From the NCBI GenBank assembly GCA_964353135.1, contig CAYGTV010000002.1, forward strand, positions 1,125-65,124: a stretch of 64,000 nt of DNA, read 5' to 3'. Source of the stretch: an uncultured Candidatus Saccharibacteria bacterium. GTDB taxonomy: Bacteria; Patescibacteriota; Minisyncoccia; Phycocordibacterales; UBA918. Position numbers and translations under genes: made by a program. Each line of letters opens with the position of its first letter. Positions within the stretch are counted from its first letter, which is position 1. This document shows, piece after piece, positions 47,833-58,680 of the stretch. The notes below the pieces were generated by a model. It was not told the origin of the DNA, made no database searches, and saw only the letters and a list, made by a program, of their open reading frames with translations.

Positions 47833-48927
47833 TTATTTCGCTTGTTCACAAGCTTTCCAGTACGCAAAAAAGCTTTTGTAGTAGCCGCTGACAGCTGGAA
47901 ATAGTTTTGGTGCGGCTTCTAATGTGGCAAATGAAGACCACGTCTGATTGGTTTGATGAGAACGAGCATAGACAGAGGTTGCTTCTGTGATACCTGGAAT
48001 ATCTAACGCACTACCGACAAAGACTTCGAGGCTTTCAATCACCGCCTTACCTTGTTCCAAAATAAATTGCATTACCAGCTCGCTTACTGATAGTCGGTCA
48101 AACCACGCTGAATCAATCACGAGAATCCGGCGCGCTTGCTCCTTTGATCGATAAGTCGGATCCAGCGTCCACGGGGTGTACAGTACAACCGCTTCCCCAC
48201 GTACACTGGTATTTACAGTAGATTCAGGATAGGTAGTGCTGAGTTCAAATGGCTGATGAGTCTCAAGGATGTCAGGTAACTGTTGATTCATCATCGTCTC
48301 CCGGTCAAAGGTTAGGATGCTACGGATTTGGTTGTGATCACTGCAGCCATTAATCAATTTTTGATTCACCGTATAGGGATCAGTTTTGCTCGTCCCAGCT
48401 ACCCATTGCCACGAACAAAAATTAGACGCCGGGTCGCCATCAGCCAGGTGATAGTACAACCACCGACCCATGGAGTGCCAGTGCGCTTTTGCTAGATTAC
48501 ACGCTACACTCGCCACCCACATCCGCGCATGATTATGCATGTAGCTAGTTTCATATAGTTCTCTAATTGCTTGGTCGAGCACTTCTACCCCAGTGTTAGC
48601 CTCAATCAGCGATGTTACCAATTCCTCGTGTCGCCAGTCATTTCGTGTAAACCGTAAATCAGCAAACATCTCATCACCCTTCTCCCACCACACTTCCTGG
48701 AAGTACTCCCGCCAGGCTAGTTCCTGGATAAGCTTTTCACAGTCTTTGGCAGAATGATTTTGTAGCAGTCGATCTCGCAAGTCAGGTAAGGTGATCACTC
48801 CCCGGGTGATATAAGGCGACAATTTAGTAACCGCGCCACTGAGGTGGTTGCGGGTTTTGGCATACGCTACTGGATCAATTTGATCAATGTAATCAAACAG
48901 CTCTGATTTAGTTTTTGGTTCTATCAT
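47833..48927 (-). CDS. photolyase/cryptochrome-family FAD-binding-domain protein
   Basis: [23 protein letters not shown] and RMWVAS motifs. ATG at 48927 overlaps the DUF2256 stop (ATGA). Track ORF runs to 48951. Confidence 0.5.
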   Translation of the reverse strand: MIEPKTKSELFDYIDQIDPVAYAKTRNHLSGAVTKLSPYITRGVITLPDLRDRLLQNHSAKDCEKLIQELAWREYFQEVWWEKGDEMFADLRFTRNDWRHEELVTSLIEANTGVEVLDQAIRELYETSYMHNHARMWVASVACNLAKAHWHSMGRWLYYHLADGDPASNFCSWQWVAGTSKTDPYTVNQKLINGCSDHNQIRSILTFDRETMMNQQLPDILETHQPFELSTTYPESTVNTSVRGEAVVLYTPWTLDPTYRSKEQARRILVIDSAWFDRLSVSELVMQFILEQGKAVIESLEVFVGSALDIPGITEATSVYARSHQTNQTWSSFATLEAAPKLFPAVSGYYKSFFAYWKACEQAK

Positions 48928-49067
48928 AATTTTGGTTTTTGTTTGCGACAACGATCAGAGCAATAAATCACCTGCTCCCATTGTCCGCGAGCTTTCCAGC
49001 TCTTTCGATTAGAAAACAGGCGCTTACACACAGGACAGATTTTAGTTTCAGTCACTTTGGCTGTCAT
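48924..49067 (-). CDS. DUF2256 zinc-ribbon protein
   Basis: [31 protein letters not shown]. 47 aa from the ATG at 49067. Track ORF runs to 49139. Confidence 0.55.
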   Translation of the reverse strand: MTAKVTETKICPVCKRLFSNRKSWKARGQWEQVIYCSDRCRKQKPKL

Positions 49068-49091
49068 AGTGTCTCTAGTATACTCACCAAT

Positions 49092-50561
49092 ATGAAAGAA
49101 GCGACTGTTATCTATCCGCATCAATTGTTTACACAACATCCTGGGCTCAAGGCCGGTCGAGTAGTGTACCTCGTAGAAGAACCACTACTGATAACGGAAT
49201 TCCCCACCCACCGACAAAAACTACTTCTGCATCGACTGTCGATGCAGGCGTATAAAACTAACCTGGAAAAAGCTGGGTATGAGGTGAAGTATCTTGATAT
49301 ACACAATCTAACTGACACCAACTCAGTATTTAAAATAATTAGTGATGACGATGTCACCAATCTACATTTAGCAGACACAACGGACGATTATCTGGAGCGA
49401 CGCATTCACACAGCTACTGATAATTACGGATTTGAGCTGAGTCGATACGAATCACCTTTATTTCTTCTTGGAAAAGAAGAAGCGGTCGAACGATATGAGA
49501 AATCCAAAAAACATATGGCGGCGTTTTATAAACAAATCCGTCGCGATAAAAATATCCTGATTGATACTGACGGCGAACCAACTGGCGGCAAGTGGAGTTT
49601 TGACGAAGACAACCGTAAAAAACTTCCAAAGAAAATCGAACTCCCAGCAGACATTACTTTTTTTGAAAATAATGACGTTCAGAGTGCAAAAACGTGGCTG
49701 GAGAAAATTGAGGCTGAACTATACGGAGAAACCAACGTATGGCTTCCTTACACTCACGGAGCTGCCCTGGAGCTATTACAAACATTCTTGCGGGAGCGAT
49801 TTTCTAACTTCGGTACCTACGAAGATGCCCTCACAACCACTCATACTCGAGTGTTCCACTCTACTATCTCCCCTCTCTTAAACATCGGACTGCTGACTCC
49901 CCAGCAAGTCGTGGACGAGACTTTGGCGTATGCAGATGAAAACAACATTGCCTTAAACAATCTCGAAGGCTTTATCCGGCAAATTGTTGGTTGGCGTGAA
50001 TTTATTCGCGCTTCTTATGAATGTGACGGATCAAACATGCGTACCCAGAACTTTTGGAAACATAAACGCACACTTCCACATTCTTTTTGGAATGCAACTA
50101 CTAACGTCGAACCAATTGATCACTGCATACAAACCGCTCTGACCTATGGATACAACCACCACATCGAGCGACTGATGGTACTGGGTAACTTTATGTTACT
50201 CACCGAAATCCATCCCGACGATGTATACCGCTGGTTTATGGCGATGTACGTCGATTCGTATGACTGGGTCATGGTGCCAAACGTGTATGGTATGAGTCAG
50301 TTTGCCGACGGCGGATCATTTGCTACCAAACCATATATCTCTGGAAGCAACTACCTCAAAAAAATGTCCGATTACAAATCAGGCGACTGGGAAGAAACCT
50401 GGACCGCTTTATATTGGCGGTTTATCGGCACTCATCGAGAGTTTTTTATGTCGAACCATCGCCTCTCGATGATGCCGCGCTTGCTTGAAAAAATGTCCGA
50501 CGAGAAAAAAGAAAACTTTCAGACTGTCAGTGCCGAGTATTTCGCCAATCAAAAATCATAA
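49092..50561 (+). CDS. deoxyribodipyrimidine photolyase-related protein (DPRP/COG3046 family)
   Basis: Size and GWREFIR, HHIERLM and [13 protein letters not shown] motifs. ATG at 49092 ([13 protein letters not shown]). Divergent from DUF2256. Confidence 0.65.
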   Translation: MKEATVIYPHQLFTQHPGLKAGRVVYLVEEPLLITEFPTHRQKLLLHRLSMQAYKTNLEKAGYEVKYLDIHNLTDTNSVFKIISDDDVTNLHLADTTDDYLERRIHTATDNYGFELSRYESPLFLLGKEEAVERYEKSKKHMAAFYKQIRRDKNILIDTDGEPTGGKWSFDEDNRKKLPKKIELPADITFFENNDVQSAKTWLEKIEAELYGETNVWLPYTHGAALELLQTFLRERFSNFGTYEDALTTTHTRVFHSTISPLLNIGLLTPQQVVDETLAYADENNIALNNLEGFIRQIVGWREFIRASYECDGSNMRTQNFWKHKRTLPHSFWNATTNVEPIDHCIQTALTYGYNHHIERLMVLGNFMLLTEIHPDDVYRWFMAMYVDSYDWVMVPNVYGMSQFADGGSFATKPYISGSNYLKKMSDYKSGDWEETWTALYWRFIGTHREFFMSNHRLSMMPRLLEKMSDEKKENFQTVSAEYFANQKS

Positions 50562-50621
50562 ACAGTGCCAACAGATCATTAACAAACGGCTGGTATACTA
50601 ATGGGTAATTGCACCTAATTT

Positions 50622-51980
50622 ATGACCAAGCCCTTACAACAATTTTTCAAACAGCTGCTCGACCTACGCGAAGGTGCGGAGGACAAGCACACGATTATTG
50701 AAAACATCAAAGATGACTCTGACTTTAGTAGTGCTCGGTTTTGGGTATTAGTGTTTGCGATCGGTGCTTGTTCAGTCGGTCTCAACATCAACTCAATCCC
50801 GGTGATTATTGGTGCCATGCTTATCTCCCCACTGATGGGACCGATTGTGTCTATGGGGATGTCACTAGCAATCTATGACTGGGGCCTGATGCGCCGTTCA
50901 TTTAAAAACCTGCTACTCCTGACAGCGATCAGTATCATTATTTCAGCGATCTATTTTGCTTTGTCGCCAATTAGTAATGCACAATCAGAACTACTCGCTC
51001 GGACTTCTCCTACTATCTTTGACGTACTGATTGCAATCTTTGGAGGGCTGGCTGGATTTATCGGTTTGAGTCGTGCCAAATCAGGCAATATTGTCCCTGG
51101 GGTTGCAATCGCAACCGCGATCATGCCCCCTTTATGTACCGTTGGGTATGGTCTGGCAACTTTTCAGTGGCAATTTGTCTACGGAGCATTTTATCTATTC
51201 CTGATTAACTGCATCTTTATCTGTCTGTCTGCCTTGGTAGTTGCCCGGTACCTCAAACTACCAAAGCGCGAATACCCAGACGCAGCACACAAACGCAAAG
51301 TTAATCGGTTTATCACAGCAATAATCATTATTATCACCAGTCCAGCCATTTACCTGGCATTTACTTTTGTCGAGCAAAACAACTTTAACCAAAATGCTGA
51401 GCAATACATTACTCGGGTATTCGAGGATGAGGGATATGTGATCATTCACCGTGATATCGCATACAGTCGAACCGACAGCGCGATCGAAGTAGCCTTCCTC
51501 GCCCAGCGATTCACCCCGGAGCAAATCAATGCCTTTGCTGCCAGACTGCCTGACTTTGGTCTATTCAACACAACGCTATATGTCCGACAAAATGCGTTTG
51601 CACTCAGTGAAGAAGAGTGGACGGCTGCTTTGTCAGAAATCAGGAATGACGATGAGAAAGTAAGCGCTCTTGAGGCCAGACTTGAATCAGAACAGGCTTC
51701 TTTTGTGAGTCCGGTTCGTATACTTAGCGAGGCCCAAGCAATCAACCCACTGGTACAAAACATCGCAATTGGAGACATTACGTACGGAGCTGACCTAACA
51801 GATGCAACCAGTCAGACCATCGTACTGCTCTATACCGATGCTACACAGTCAGCATTAACGTTTTCTGAGGCTGACGGTTTTAAGCTATGGCTGCAGTCAC
51901 GCTTGGAGACAAACGAGCTATTGCTAATAGTGAGCCCACAGCCGGAAATCCCAAGTGAAATTAGCCAAGACTCAGAATAA
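50622..51980 (+). CDS. DUF389-family membrane protein
   Basis: ISPLMGPIVSMG and AIMPPL motifs. Multi-TM with a soluble C-terminal domain. Confidence 0.6.
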   Translation: MTKPLQQFFKQLLDLREGAEDKHTIIENIKDDSDFSSARFWVLVFAIGACSVGLNINSIPVIIGAMLISPLMGPIVSMGMSLAIYDWGLMRRSFKNLLLLTAISIIISAIYFALSPISNAQSELLARTSPTIFDVLIAIFGGLAGFIGLSRAKSGNIVPGVAIATAIMPPLCTVGYGLATFQWQFVYGAFYLFLINCIFICLSALVVARYLKLPKREYPDAAHKRKVNRFITAIIIIITSPAIYLAFTFVEQNNFNQNAEQYITRVFEDEGYVIIHRDIAYSRTDSAIEVAFLAQRFTPEQINAFAARLPDFGLFNTTLYVRQNAFALSEEEWTAALSEIRNDDEKVSALEARLESEQASFVSPVRILSEAQAINPLVQNIAIGDITYGADLTDATSQTIVLLYTDATQSALTFSEADGFKLWLQSRLETNELLLIVSPQPEIPSEISQDSE

Positions 51981-52025
51981 CCTTTCACCATAGACAGCGC
52001 CTGCAAAAATCGCTAGACTGCTGGT

Positions 52026-52640
52026 ATGAAAATCACTAAATCTGAAATCGTTTCTTTTGTAGCTGGACTGGTAGTGAGTATTATTATTGGCTCACTGATG
52101 AATTACGTCGAGCATCAAAGCCACAATGACCACCACGACAATCACCCGATTGCTAATCCTTATGATAGCGAGTACCACGTACACGCAGACTTTCACATTG
52201 TGATCCGTGACACACTAGTTAATCTCGATGCCGACCGATTCCAAACTACTAGTGGACAGTCATTGCACCCAGACGCTCATCTACACGATAACAACGGTGA
52301 CGTTAAACACATTCACGCCGAAGGTGTAACATTTGCTGCGTTCCTCGATTCACTTGAAATTACTCTGACTGACAGCTGTATCACCCTCGATAACGAGTAC
52401 TGCTCGGGTGAAGAGGAAGAAGTGCTCTTGTTTGTAAATAACGAACTGTACACTTCCCCACTAACCCAATATGTACCAGTTGATGATGATCGTATCCTCC
52501 TCTACTATGGGAGGTACGATATGGAAGTCATCCAGCCATACCTCGATGCTGTCCCAAATGACGCCTGCTACTACAGTGGCACCTGCCCCGAGCGCGGTGT
52601 TGCTCCAGATGAAGAATGTGGTTTGACGTGTGAGTTGTAG
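52026..52640 (+). CDS. His-rich secreted/membrane-anchored hypothetical protein
   Basis: N-terminal TM. HQSHNDHHDNHP and multiple His. Cys-rich C-terminus. Confidence 0.4.
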   Translation: MKITKSEIVSFVAGLVVSIIIGSLMNYVEHQSHNDHHDNHPIANPYDSEYHVHADFHIVIRDTLVNLDADRFQTTSGQSLHPDAHLHDNNGDVKHIHAEGVTFAAFLDSLEITLTDSCITLDNEYCSGEEEEVLLFVNNELYTSPLTQYVPVDDDRILLYYGRYDMEVIQPYLDAVPNDACYYSGTCPERGVAPDEECGLTCEL

Positions 52641-52668
52641 TTGACCATAGATAGTATGAGTAGACGTG

Positions 52669-52699
52669 AAAAAGCCCCGCTGTGAAAGCGGGGCTTTTG
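52669..52699. terminator. bidirectional terminator
   Basis: Stem aaaagccccgc-tgtgaaa-gcggggctttt. Confidence 0.6.
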
Positions 52700-52716
52700 G
52701 TAGATCAGCAGTCAAT

Positions 52717-53202
52717 TTAGAATCGACGGCCAAAGTAGTTATTGTCGATGATGGTTATGTCACCAACAATGAAGAACCAAGGACGGTTTGGATTTGATGG
52801 ATAATACATATCAACCAACCAAACTCGTTGATCATTCTCGCTCAAAGTACGATCAACAACGACTGGTACAGTTCCACGCGGTGGACGTGTTGCTGTACAA
52901 CCGCTCGGCAACTCATTTGCATCTGCGGTTGTAACTGCATCCAAAATTTGTGCACGAGTCAATGATGCCCGCGCTTGCGCACGATCCTTTTCAGAAGTAC
53001 AGTTCACCATAAATGGTGCCGCACGCATCGCGTTCCGGCGCAGCTCTTGCACAGTCGCCGGTTGAACCGATCCAATAGTTTCCAGGGTCGGCGTACCTGC
53101 TGCTACAGCAGCTTGGCGGCCGTCAGAACCAGAGTAGAGTGTTACATCACACCCAGAGAGCGCGAATATCACACACACAGAAATAATTCTTACAAAGGAC
53201 AT
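52717..53202 (-). CDS. lipoprotein, hypothetical
   Basis: AAGGAGG SD. ATG at 53202. Lipobox LSGC. Track ORF runs to 53262. Confidence 0.5.
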   Translation of the reverse strand: MSFVRIISVCVIFALSGCDVTLYSGSDGRQAAVAAGTPTLETIGSVQPATVQELRRNAMRAAPFMVNCTSEKDRAQARASLTRAQILDAVTTADANELPSGCTATRPPRGTVPVVVDRTLSENDQRVWLVDMYYPSNPNRPWFFIVGDITIIDNNYFGRRF

Positions 53203-53290
53203 CTTGCCCTCCTTTAGACAAGTGATTAACGGCCACATGGCCGATTGCATATACAATAGCACAAAAAGTACTATTTGTCTATAGGCACAC

Positions 53291-53776
53291 CTACCTAATA
53301 TATTTGTGCTCTTTTAGGTAATCAGTCGTTAGAACAGGCACATCATGTAGATTTTTTTGCTTTATGACTTTGAAAGTCCCCAGTATATGGTCTCCTTTTA
53401 CATCATGAAGGTCTGTCAACTCTAATTCAACAAACCCAGCGACATCAGTAAAATAGTACAAATCATTATGCTGCTCCAAATCAAATCGTTTTTGTAAGCG
53501 CGTAATTTTATCGATCTTATTTCCTGAATTATGTCCGCAGACTCGCACTACTGGAGCAAGTGATTCTGACAACAGCTGAAGCAGGACGCGTTTACTGTGC
53601 TCTACATTTTCCAGTGTCTTGGTGTTTTTGTACAACGCAATCGACATTAACTTAGGTTCAAGCGAAACAGCTTGTACATAGGTCGCAATATTCATATTTC
53701 CCTGCCCTGTCCTATCTATCGTACTTACACTCCACACTGGCCAGGCTGGTCGGTTCCAAATCTTTCGCATATACAA
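53291..53776 (-). CDS. flavin reductase-like (FMN-binding split-barrel) protein
   Basis: PVWSVSTIDRTGQGNMNIATY and SxxLxPxxxxxxGxxSG patterns of PF01613. Confidence 0.55.
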   Translation of the reverse strand: MYMRKIWNRPAWPVWSVSTIDRTGQGNMNIATYVQAVSLEPKLMSIALYKNTKTLENVEHSKRVLLQLLSESLAPVVRVCGHNSGNKIDKITRLQKRFDLEQHNDLYYFTDVAGFVELELTDLHDVKGDHILGTFKVIKQKNLHDVPVLTTDYLKEHKYIR

Positions 53777-54691
53777 TTACAGTTGTGACTGGATATGATC
53801 TTTGTATGACCGAATGACTCTAAACTGGTCCATGAAATCAACCTTGTCAGCAGCGACAGTCCCCTGCCGCACTGGTTCATCTAATACATACCAAGCAAAA
53901 CTCTCTGCAAAATCTTCGGATGGATCTGTTGCCGCGTAATCGCTCACAAACTCAGATTCATACCGCTCATAAAATTCAAGTAACTCCCGCTCAGGGTTCC
54001 GACTATTTCTTGCATCTGTTAGATCAGCCAATAATTGGTTATCCCAAAAGTCAGTCACAAACTCATCTAGGTACGACCCAGGGGCGAAACAAGTCATGTC
54101 GGCATACAACGCGGGACAATTAGTAGTCGGCGTTCTACTACTCACCAGCTGATCAAGGGAAAATATATGTGCGAATTCATGCACCATCAATTCTACTGAT
54201 GATTCAGAATTAGGTGCAAAATTAATTTCTTCAGCGCTGACACCATACATCCAGGTTGTATTGCGACCATCTGATGACACTGCTACATAAGCAGCGATAT
54301 CGTCCGGATGGTTGGTAAACACGACAAACTGATCTATGTAATCTCGATACTGAGGCGGTAGTACCAGGCGCAGCTTATCTGCATACTGCTGATGTCGAGT
54401 AGAGGCAGTTGGTGGCAGTTGCAGTTCTGATCGCACCTCGTAGTTAGCAACTATAGTTCCAGGAAAATCCTTAAGAAGATCATCGTCAGACATCATACTA
54501 GCCTGCTGCGCTTGTAACTGAGCCTGCAGCAGCACGATTTGCTGCTGTAGTAATGAAACCAATTCGATCAAAGCAGCTCGATCAACCGTTTGCGCCTGGG
54601 TAAACTGCGGTCCAAACACAAATGGCATCAGGCAAGCAATGGTTATTAACTTACAATAAGGAATACGTGTTTGCATAGTTGCACCTATCAT
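53777..54691 (-). CDS. secreted HExxH zinc metallopeptidase
   Basis: Signal peptide, coiled-coil, HEFAH plus a downstream EDFAESFAWY. Confidence 0.5.
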   Translation of the reverse strand: MIGATMQTRIPYCKLITIACLMPFVFGPQFTQAQTVDRAALIELVSLLQQQIVLLQAQLQAQQASMMSDDDLLKDFPGTIVANYEVRSELQLPPTASTRHQQYADKLRLVLPPQYRDYIDQFVVFTNHPDDIAAYVAVSSDGRNTTWMYGVSAEEINFAPNSESSVELMVHEFAHIFSLDQLVSSRTPTTNCPALYADMTCFAPGSYLDEFVTDFWDNQLLADLTDARNSRNPERELLEFYERYESEFVSDYAATDPSEDFAESFAWYVLDEPVRQGTVAADKVDFMDQFRVIRSYKDHIQSQL

Positions 54692-54715
54692 ACAGGGATA
54701 TAGAATGGAGGGGAA

Positions 54716-54961
54716 ATGAAACGTGAATTAACAGACATTGATATCGAACAAATCATTTTGATGGCTTGGGGCGATACCATCCCGTTTGAAACCATCAAAC
54801 TTGAGTACGGTCTGACAGAAAATGAAGTTCATAAACTAATGCGAGCTCATCAGACTGAAAAGACATACATCAGATGGTGCAAACGAATCAAGCAGCGTAG
54901 TGGCACTAGCAGTAAACATGCCAAACTATCGGCAAAGACTTCTACTAGGCAGAAGTATTAA
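54716..54961 (+). CDS. DUF2805/TIGR03643-family protein
   Basis: WGDTIPFETIKLEYGLTENEVHKLMR signature. 81 aa. Confidence 0.55.
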   Translation: MKRELTDIDIEQIILMAWGDTIPFETIKLEYGLTENEVHKLMRAHQTEKTYIRWCKRIKQRSGTSSKHAKLSAKTSTRQKY

Positions 54962-55126
54962 ATAAGTAACTATTTGTGGCCACGAATCGCTAACTATAAT
55001 TTATGCTTCGCAAAAAATCTACTACGCGTTCCCGACCCAGACTCAACTGTTTCTCATTCTAGGAAATGAATTAGAAACGTGTCTCCGTCTGACACAAAGG
55101 CACGAACGCAAAACTATTTGCGTTCT

Positions 55127-55164
55127 AACAATAAACACTAACCGTAGGGTTAGTGTTTATTGTT
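55127..55164 (-). terminator. hairpin terminator just 3' of tRNA-Leu
   Basis: Perfect stem aacaataaacactaacc/ggttagtgtttattgtt. Confidence 0.5.
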
Positions 55165-55171
55165 ACCTTTG

Positions 55172-55255
55172 TGTCCACGACTGGAGTTGAACCAGCACGG
55201 GAATACTCCCACTACCCCCTCAAGGTAGCGCGTCTACCAATTCCGCCACGTGGAC
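55172..55255 (-). tRNA. tRNA-Leu(GAG), type II with a long variable arm
   Basis: Manual fold of the reverse complement. Acceptor GTCCACG/CGTGGAC; anticodon stem CTACC/GGTAG with loop TTGAGGG; variable arm GGGAGTATTCCC; T arm GCTGG-TTCAACT-CCAGT. Confidence 0.8.
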
Positions 55256-55316
55256 ATATGCGTTTCCGTCAAATTGGAGTGCGACTAGTATGCCTGATTG
55301 GCGAGGGTAATTCAAG

Positions 55317-56153
55317 TTAGCCGTCAGACCACTTTTTCGGGTCACCGATGAAATCACGAATCTCACAATGAATGTCTGGATGTGACGCAAAAATAGTTTT
55401 TCCGTGTTCAGCACACAACTCTCTTAATGACTGTTCCCATACCTGCCATTTTCCATCTTTAAAAACACTAATCATTCCACCTGCAGCTTTGACCAGATAT
55501 AGCCCAGCGGCGTAATCATATGAGTTGAGTCCGTAGGTTAAAAAACCATCTATCCGTCCGGCAGACAAATATGCCAACTCAAGCGCAGTACAGTTATACG
55601 ACATACACCGACCAAATTTGAGGCCAACGTTCTTTTGAATGTTAAACGCTGCTGATTGCATCCATAATTCTTTTCGCCCTCGACCTAACGTGATTACAAT
55701 TTTTCCTCCTAGTGGCTCGGCAGTTAGGTTCGTTACTCGCTCATTTTCATAGGCACCGTCTTCCATTAGTGAAGCAAACAACTGTTGGGTAAGTGGATTA
55801 TATACAATCCCAAACGAATCCTCTGCATCAGGACCAAGACGAGCTACCGAAATCGCGCAAAACGGAATCTTTCTCAGGAAATTATCCGTTCCATCAATTG
55901 GATCAATATGCCAGACAAATCCACTCGCTCCCTCCTTCCCCTCTTCCTCCTCTCCTACAATTGCATCATCTGGAAATTCTCGATCAATCCATTCACGTAG
56001 CCGACGCTCAATCGCTTTATCTACCTCTGTCACAACTGAACCATCAGCCTTTTGATCATTTTTAATACTCTCAGACACAAAATAATCATGGGCAACAGCC
56101 CCAGCTGATTTAATTTCTTCTATTAAAGCGTGGAATTGTGGTTCGATATTCAT
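55317..56153 (-). CDS. suhB: inositol monophosphatase family protein
   Basis: WHIDPIDGTDNF motif. 278 aa. Confidence 0.8.
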   Translation of the reverse strand: MNIEPQFHALIEEIKSAGAVAHDYFVSESIKNDQKADGSVVTEVDKAIERRLREWIDREFPDDAIVGEEEEGKEGASGFVWHIDPIDGTDNFLRKIPFCAISVARLGPDAEDSFGIVYNPLTQQLFASLMEDGAYENERVTNLTAEPLGGKIVITLGRGRKELWMQSAAFNIQKNVGLKFGRCMSYNCTALELAYLSAGRIDGFLTYGLNSYDYAAGLYLVKAAGGMISVFKDGKWQVWEQSLRELCAEHGKTIFASHPDIHCEIRDFIGDPKKWSDG

Positions 56154-56171
56154 ACTGAATCAGAATAACAC

Positions 56172-56202
56172 AAAAGACCGGCGCCACTGGCGCCGGTCTT
56201 TT
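56172..56202. terminator. bidirectional terminator
   Basis: Stem aaaagaccggcgcc/ggcgccggtctttt. Confidence 0.6.
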
Positions 56203-56220
56203 GTGACTTATTATTCGTAC

Positions 56221-56862
56221 TTAGTCTTTTTTCTCTTCTTCAACCTCCTCTGTTTTTTCTTCTTCCGCTGGAGTTTCCTCGACAGCTTCTACTGGAGCTT
56301 CTTCAGTTTCTGCTGTTTCTGGAGCCGCTTCTTCTGCTGGAGTTTCTTCAGCTTGTGCTGCTTCAACTGCCTTTGCCTCTTCTTCAGCTTTCAAAGCTGC
56401 TTCGGCTTCAGCTGCTTTGGCAGCTTCTTCTTCTGCAACTTTTGCTTCAGCTGCTACTCGGGCTTCAGCTTCGATTCCTGACTCTGTAGCGATAGTTGCA
56501 AGTGTCATTCGCCGCATCTGTCGTTTGATTTCACGCGCTACCTTTTCACGGATAAAGTATAGTTTGGCTCGTCGTACCTTTGATCGTTTAACGATTTCTA
56601 GCTTGTCGATCATTGGTGAGTATAGTGGGTAAATCTTTTCTACTCCGACTCCACTGGCTACTTTACGAACCGTAAATGTTGCTCCTGGTTCAGTACCATG
56701 TTTTCGGGCTAGTACGAGTCCTTCGAAAATCTGGATTCGAGTCTTACCTTTATCTTGAATTTTTTGGTGAACACGGATAGTATCTCCAGCTTTGATGCCG
56801 AGTTCTTTGCGTTCTTCCATGTTTACCGGCGAAATATTTACGCCTGCGATTGCTGCTTTCAT
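56221..56862 (-). CDS. rplS: 50S ribosomal protein L19 with a ~95-aa Ala/Glu-rich C-terminal extension
   Basis: L19 core to about aa 118 (FTVRKVASGVGVEKIYPLYSP, RRAKLYFIREK), then low-complexity AEEAAKAAEAEA...EEEKKD. Confidence 0.85.
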   Translation of the reverse strand: MKAAIAGVNISPVNMEERKELGIKAGDTIRVHQKIQDKGKTRIQIFEGLVLARKHGTEPGATFTVRKVASGVGVEKIYPLYSPMIDKLEIVKRSKVRRAKLYFIREKVAREIKRQMRRMTLATIATESGIEAEARVAAEAKVAEEEAAKAAEAEAALKAEEEAKAVEAAQAEETPAEEAAPETAETEEAPVEAVEETPAEEEKTEEVEEEKKD

Positions 56863-56936
56863 ACCAAATTTTTTGTATGTCTATTAATAATTACCAAGGT
56901 TTACCCCTTTGAATGTGCCGTAATCTACCACAAAGC

Positions 56937-57686
56937 CTACCCTTCCGCAATACGTTCAGCCGCTTCTTCGAGCACCAGTGGCATTGGAGCAATAAACCGT
57001 TCGGTTTCGCCTCCTGGTAGTGTCAACTCTAGAATATGCGCATGCAAGGCCATCCGGTCTAGTTCTAGGTGATTTGACCGCTCTTTGAGGTGTTCTGCAT
57101 ACAATCCATCAGCCACAATCGGTCGATCGATGGCTCGCAAATGGGCTCGCAGTTGGTGTGTCCGACCAGTTTTAGGGAACAATTTCACATACGAAAAAGA
57201 CTCATCTTTGTATTCACCCATCCCGATTCGCTCAAATTCTGTAATGGCCTCACGCAACTGCCCTTTTGCACCACGTTCTGCTGATCGCCGTCGGTGGTCT
57301 TTTGCACTGCGACCGATCGGTCGGTTGATGGTTCCCCAGCGGTCGTTAATCCGTCCGTATACCAATGCCCGATACTCCTTATGTACTAACCGTTCCTGGA
57401 ATTGATATTTCAGATGTGCGTACGCACTTTGGGTTTTAGCCAAAATCATCACCCCGGATGTATCGCGGTCGAGTCGATGCACCACTCCTGATCGCTCAAG
57501 CTCGTTCCCATCGCGGTCAGTGGCTGGTTCCCCCACCCCTTTGGCATCTGGGTACTGCTCTAAAAACCAGTCAACCACAGTTAGCTCGTCTGACTTCCCA
57601 TCTGCGTGCACCAAAAGGCCGTATGGCTTATTAATCACCACGACTTGTTCGTTTTCAAAAAGAATGGATGGGGTTGCAGGGTTCAT
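56937..57686 (-). CDS. RluA-family pseudouridine synthase
   Basis: HRLDRDTSGVMILAKT catalytic-Asp motif. AGGAG SD before the ATG at 57686. Track ORF runs to 57743. Confidence 0.75.
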   Translation of the reverse strand: MNPATPSILFENEQVVVINKPYGLLVHADGKSDELTVVDWFLEQYPDAKGVGEPATDRDGNELERSGVVHRLDRDTSGVMILAKTQSAYAHLKYQFQERLVHKEYRALVYGRINDRWGTINRPIGRSAKDHRRRSAERGAKGQLREAITEFERIGMGEYKDESFSYVKLFPKTGRTHQLRAHLRAIDRPIVADGLYAEHLKERSNHLELDRMALHAHILELTLPGGETERFIAPMPLVLEEAAERIAEG

Positions 57687-57690
57687 GTTG

Positions 57691-58395
57691 TTACGCTCCT
57701 TTGCGTCTATGTCTTCTTTTATATTCCTGGAGTATGTCCTCAAAATCAGCTGTAGTCAATGCTGGCCAGTGTTTGTCGATAAAATAAAATTCACTGTACA
57801 CTGATTTCCAAGTCATAAAATTTGATAAACGCTGCTCCCCACTGGTACGGATGATCATATCCGGATCAGGCATATCAGCGGTCCAAAGCAGCTGTTCAAA
57901 CGAGGCTTCATCAACTGGTTCACCTTTTGCAACAGCTTGATTAACCGCCTCGATGATTTCCGCTCGCCCACCATACGACAGTGCAATCCAGATGGTAGTT
58001 TTGGCCTGATCGTATTCAAGACTCTTGGCTTCAAGTTCATTGATCTGCTCTACAATGTCATTAGCAAAATCATCTCTCCGTCCTATCACGCGAACCTTGA
58101 CGCGTTCATGGTCGTTAATATCATCTGCATGAAGTCGCTCATCAATCTGTCGCAATGACTCCCGAAATAAATCCATCAAGTACGATACCTCGTCCTTGGA
58201 ACGATTCCAGTTTTCGGTTGAAAACGCGTAAAACACAGCGTGGGGAATCTCTGCATCTCGAATCCATTCAATACAATTATGCAGAGTCTCACTACCCTGC
58301 TTGTGACCGTCATACGTTTCTAAACCCTGATCTTGGGCCCAGCGGCGATTGCCATCCATGATGAAGCCGAGGCATTGTGGTTGCGTATCTTCCAT
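57691..58395 (-). CDS. uppS: undecaprenyl diphosphate synthase
   Basis: GFIMDGNRRWA and YAFSTENWNR motifs. Confidence 0.85.
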   Translation of the reverse strand: MEDTQPQCLGFIMDGNRRWAQDQGLETYDGHKQGSETLHNCIEWIRDAEIPHAVFYAFSTENWNRSKDEVSYLMDLFRESLRQIDERLHADDINDHERVKVRVIGRRDDFANDIVEQINELEAKSLEYDQAKTTIWIALSYGGRAEIIEAVNQAVAKGEPVDEASFEQLLWTADMPDPDMIIRTSGEQRLSNFMTWKSVYSEFYFIDKHWPALTTADFEDILQEYKRRHRRKGA

Positions 58396-58407
58396 AATTA
58401 TTGCTGC

Positions 58408-58680
58408 CTACTGTAACACGGAAAACTCATCAAAAGTTCCAGTAGCTGTCCCCCAGTCAATCGCCACACTAGCTACTTTCGCCTGTAGTGACCCTTCGTG
58501 CAGATACTCGACAAATTCCTTGAGGATGTCAGGTGGACCTTCGGCGATCACCTTAACTGTGCCATCAGGTAGGTTTCGTACACTACCAACCAGTTCTAGT
58601 TCAGTAGCAGAATCTTGCACAAACACCCGGTACCGCACACCCTGCACTTGCCCACTAACAATCGCTTCCATTTGGATCAT
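58408..58680 (-). CDS. acyP: acylphosphatase
   Basis: VSGQVQGVRYR and VRNLPDGTVKV motifs. Start ambiguous (ATG at 58671, 58680 or 58701). Confidence 0.65.
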   Translation of the reverse strand: MIQMEAIVSGQVQGVRYRVFVQDSATELELVGSVRNLPDGTVKVIAEGPPDILKEFVEYLHEGSLQAKVASVAIDWGTATGTFDEFSVLQ

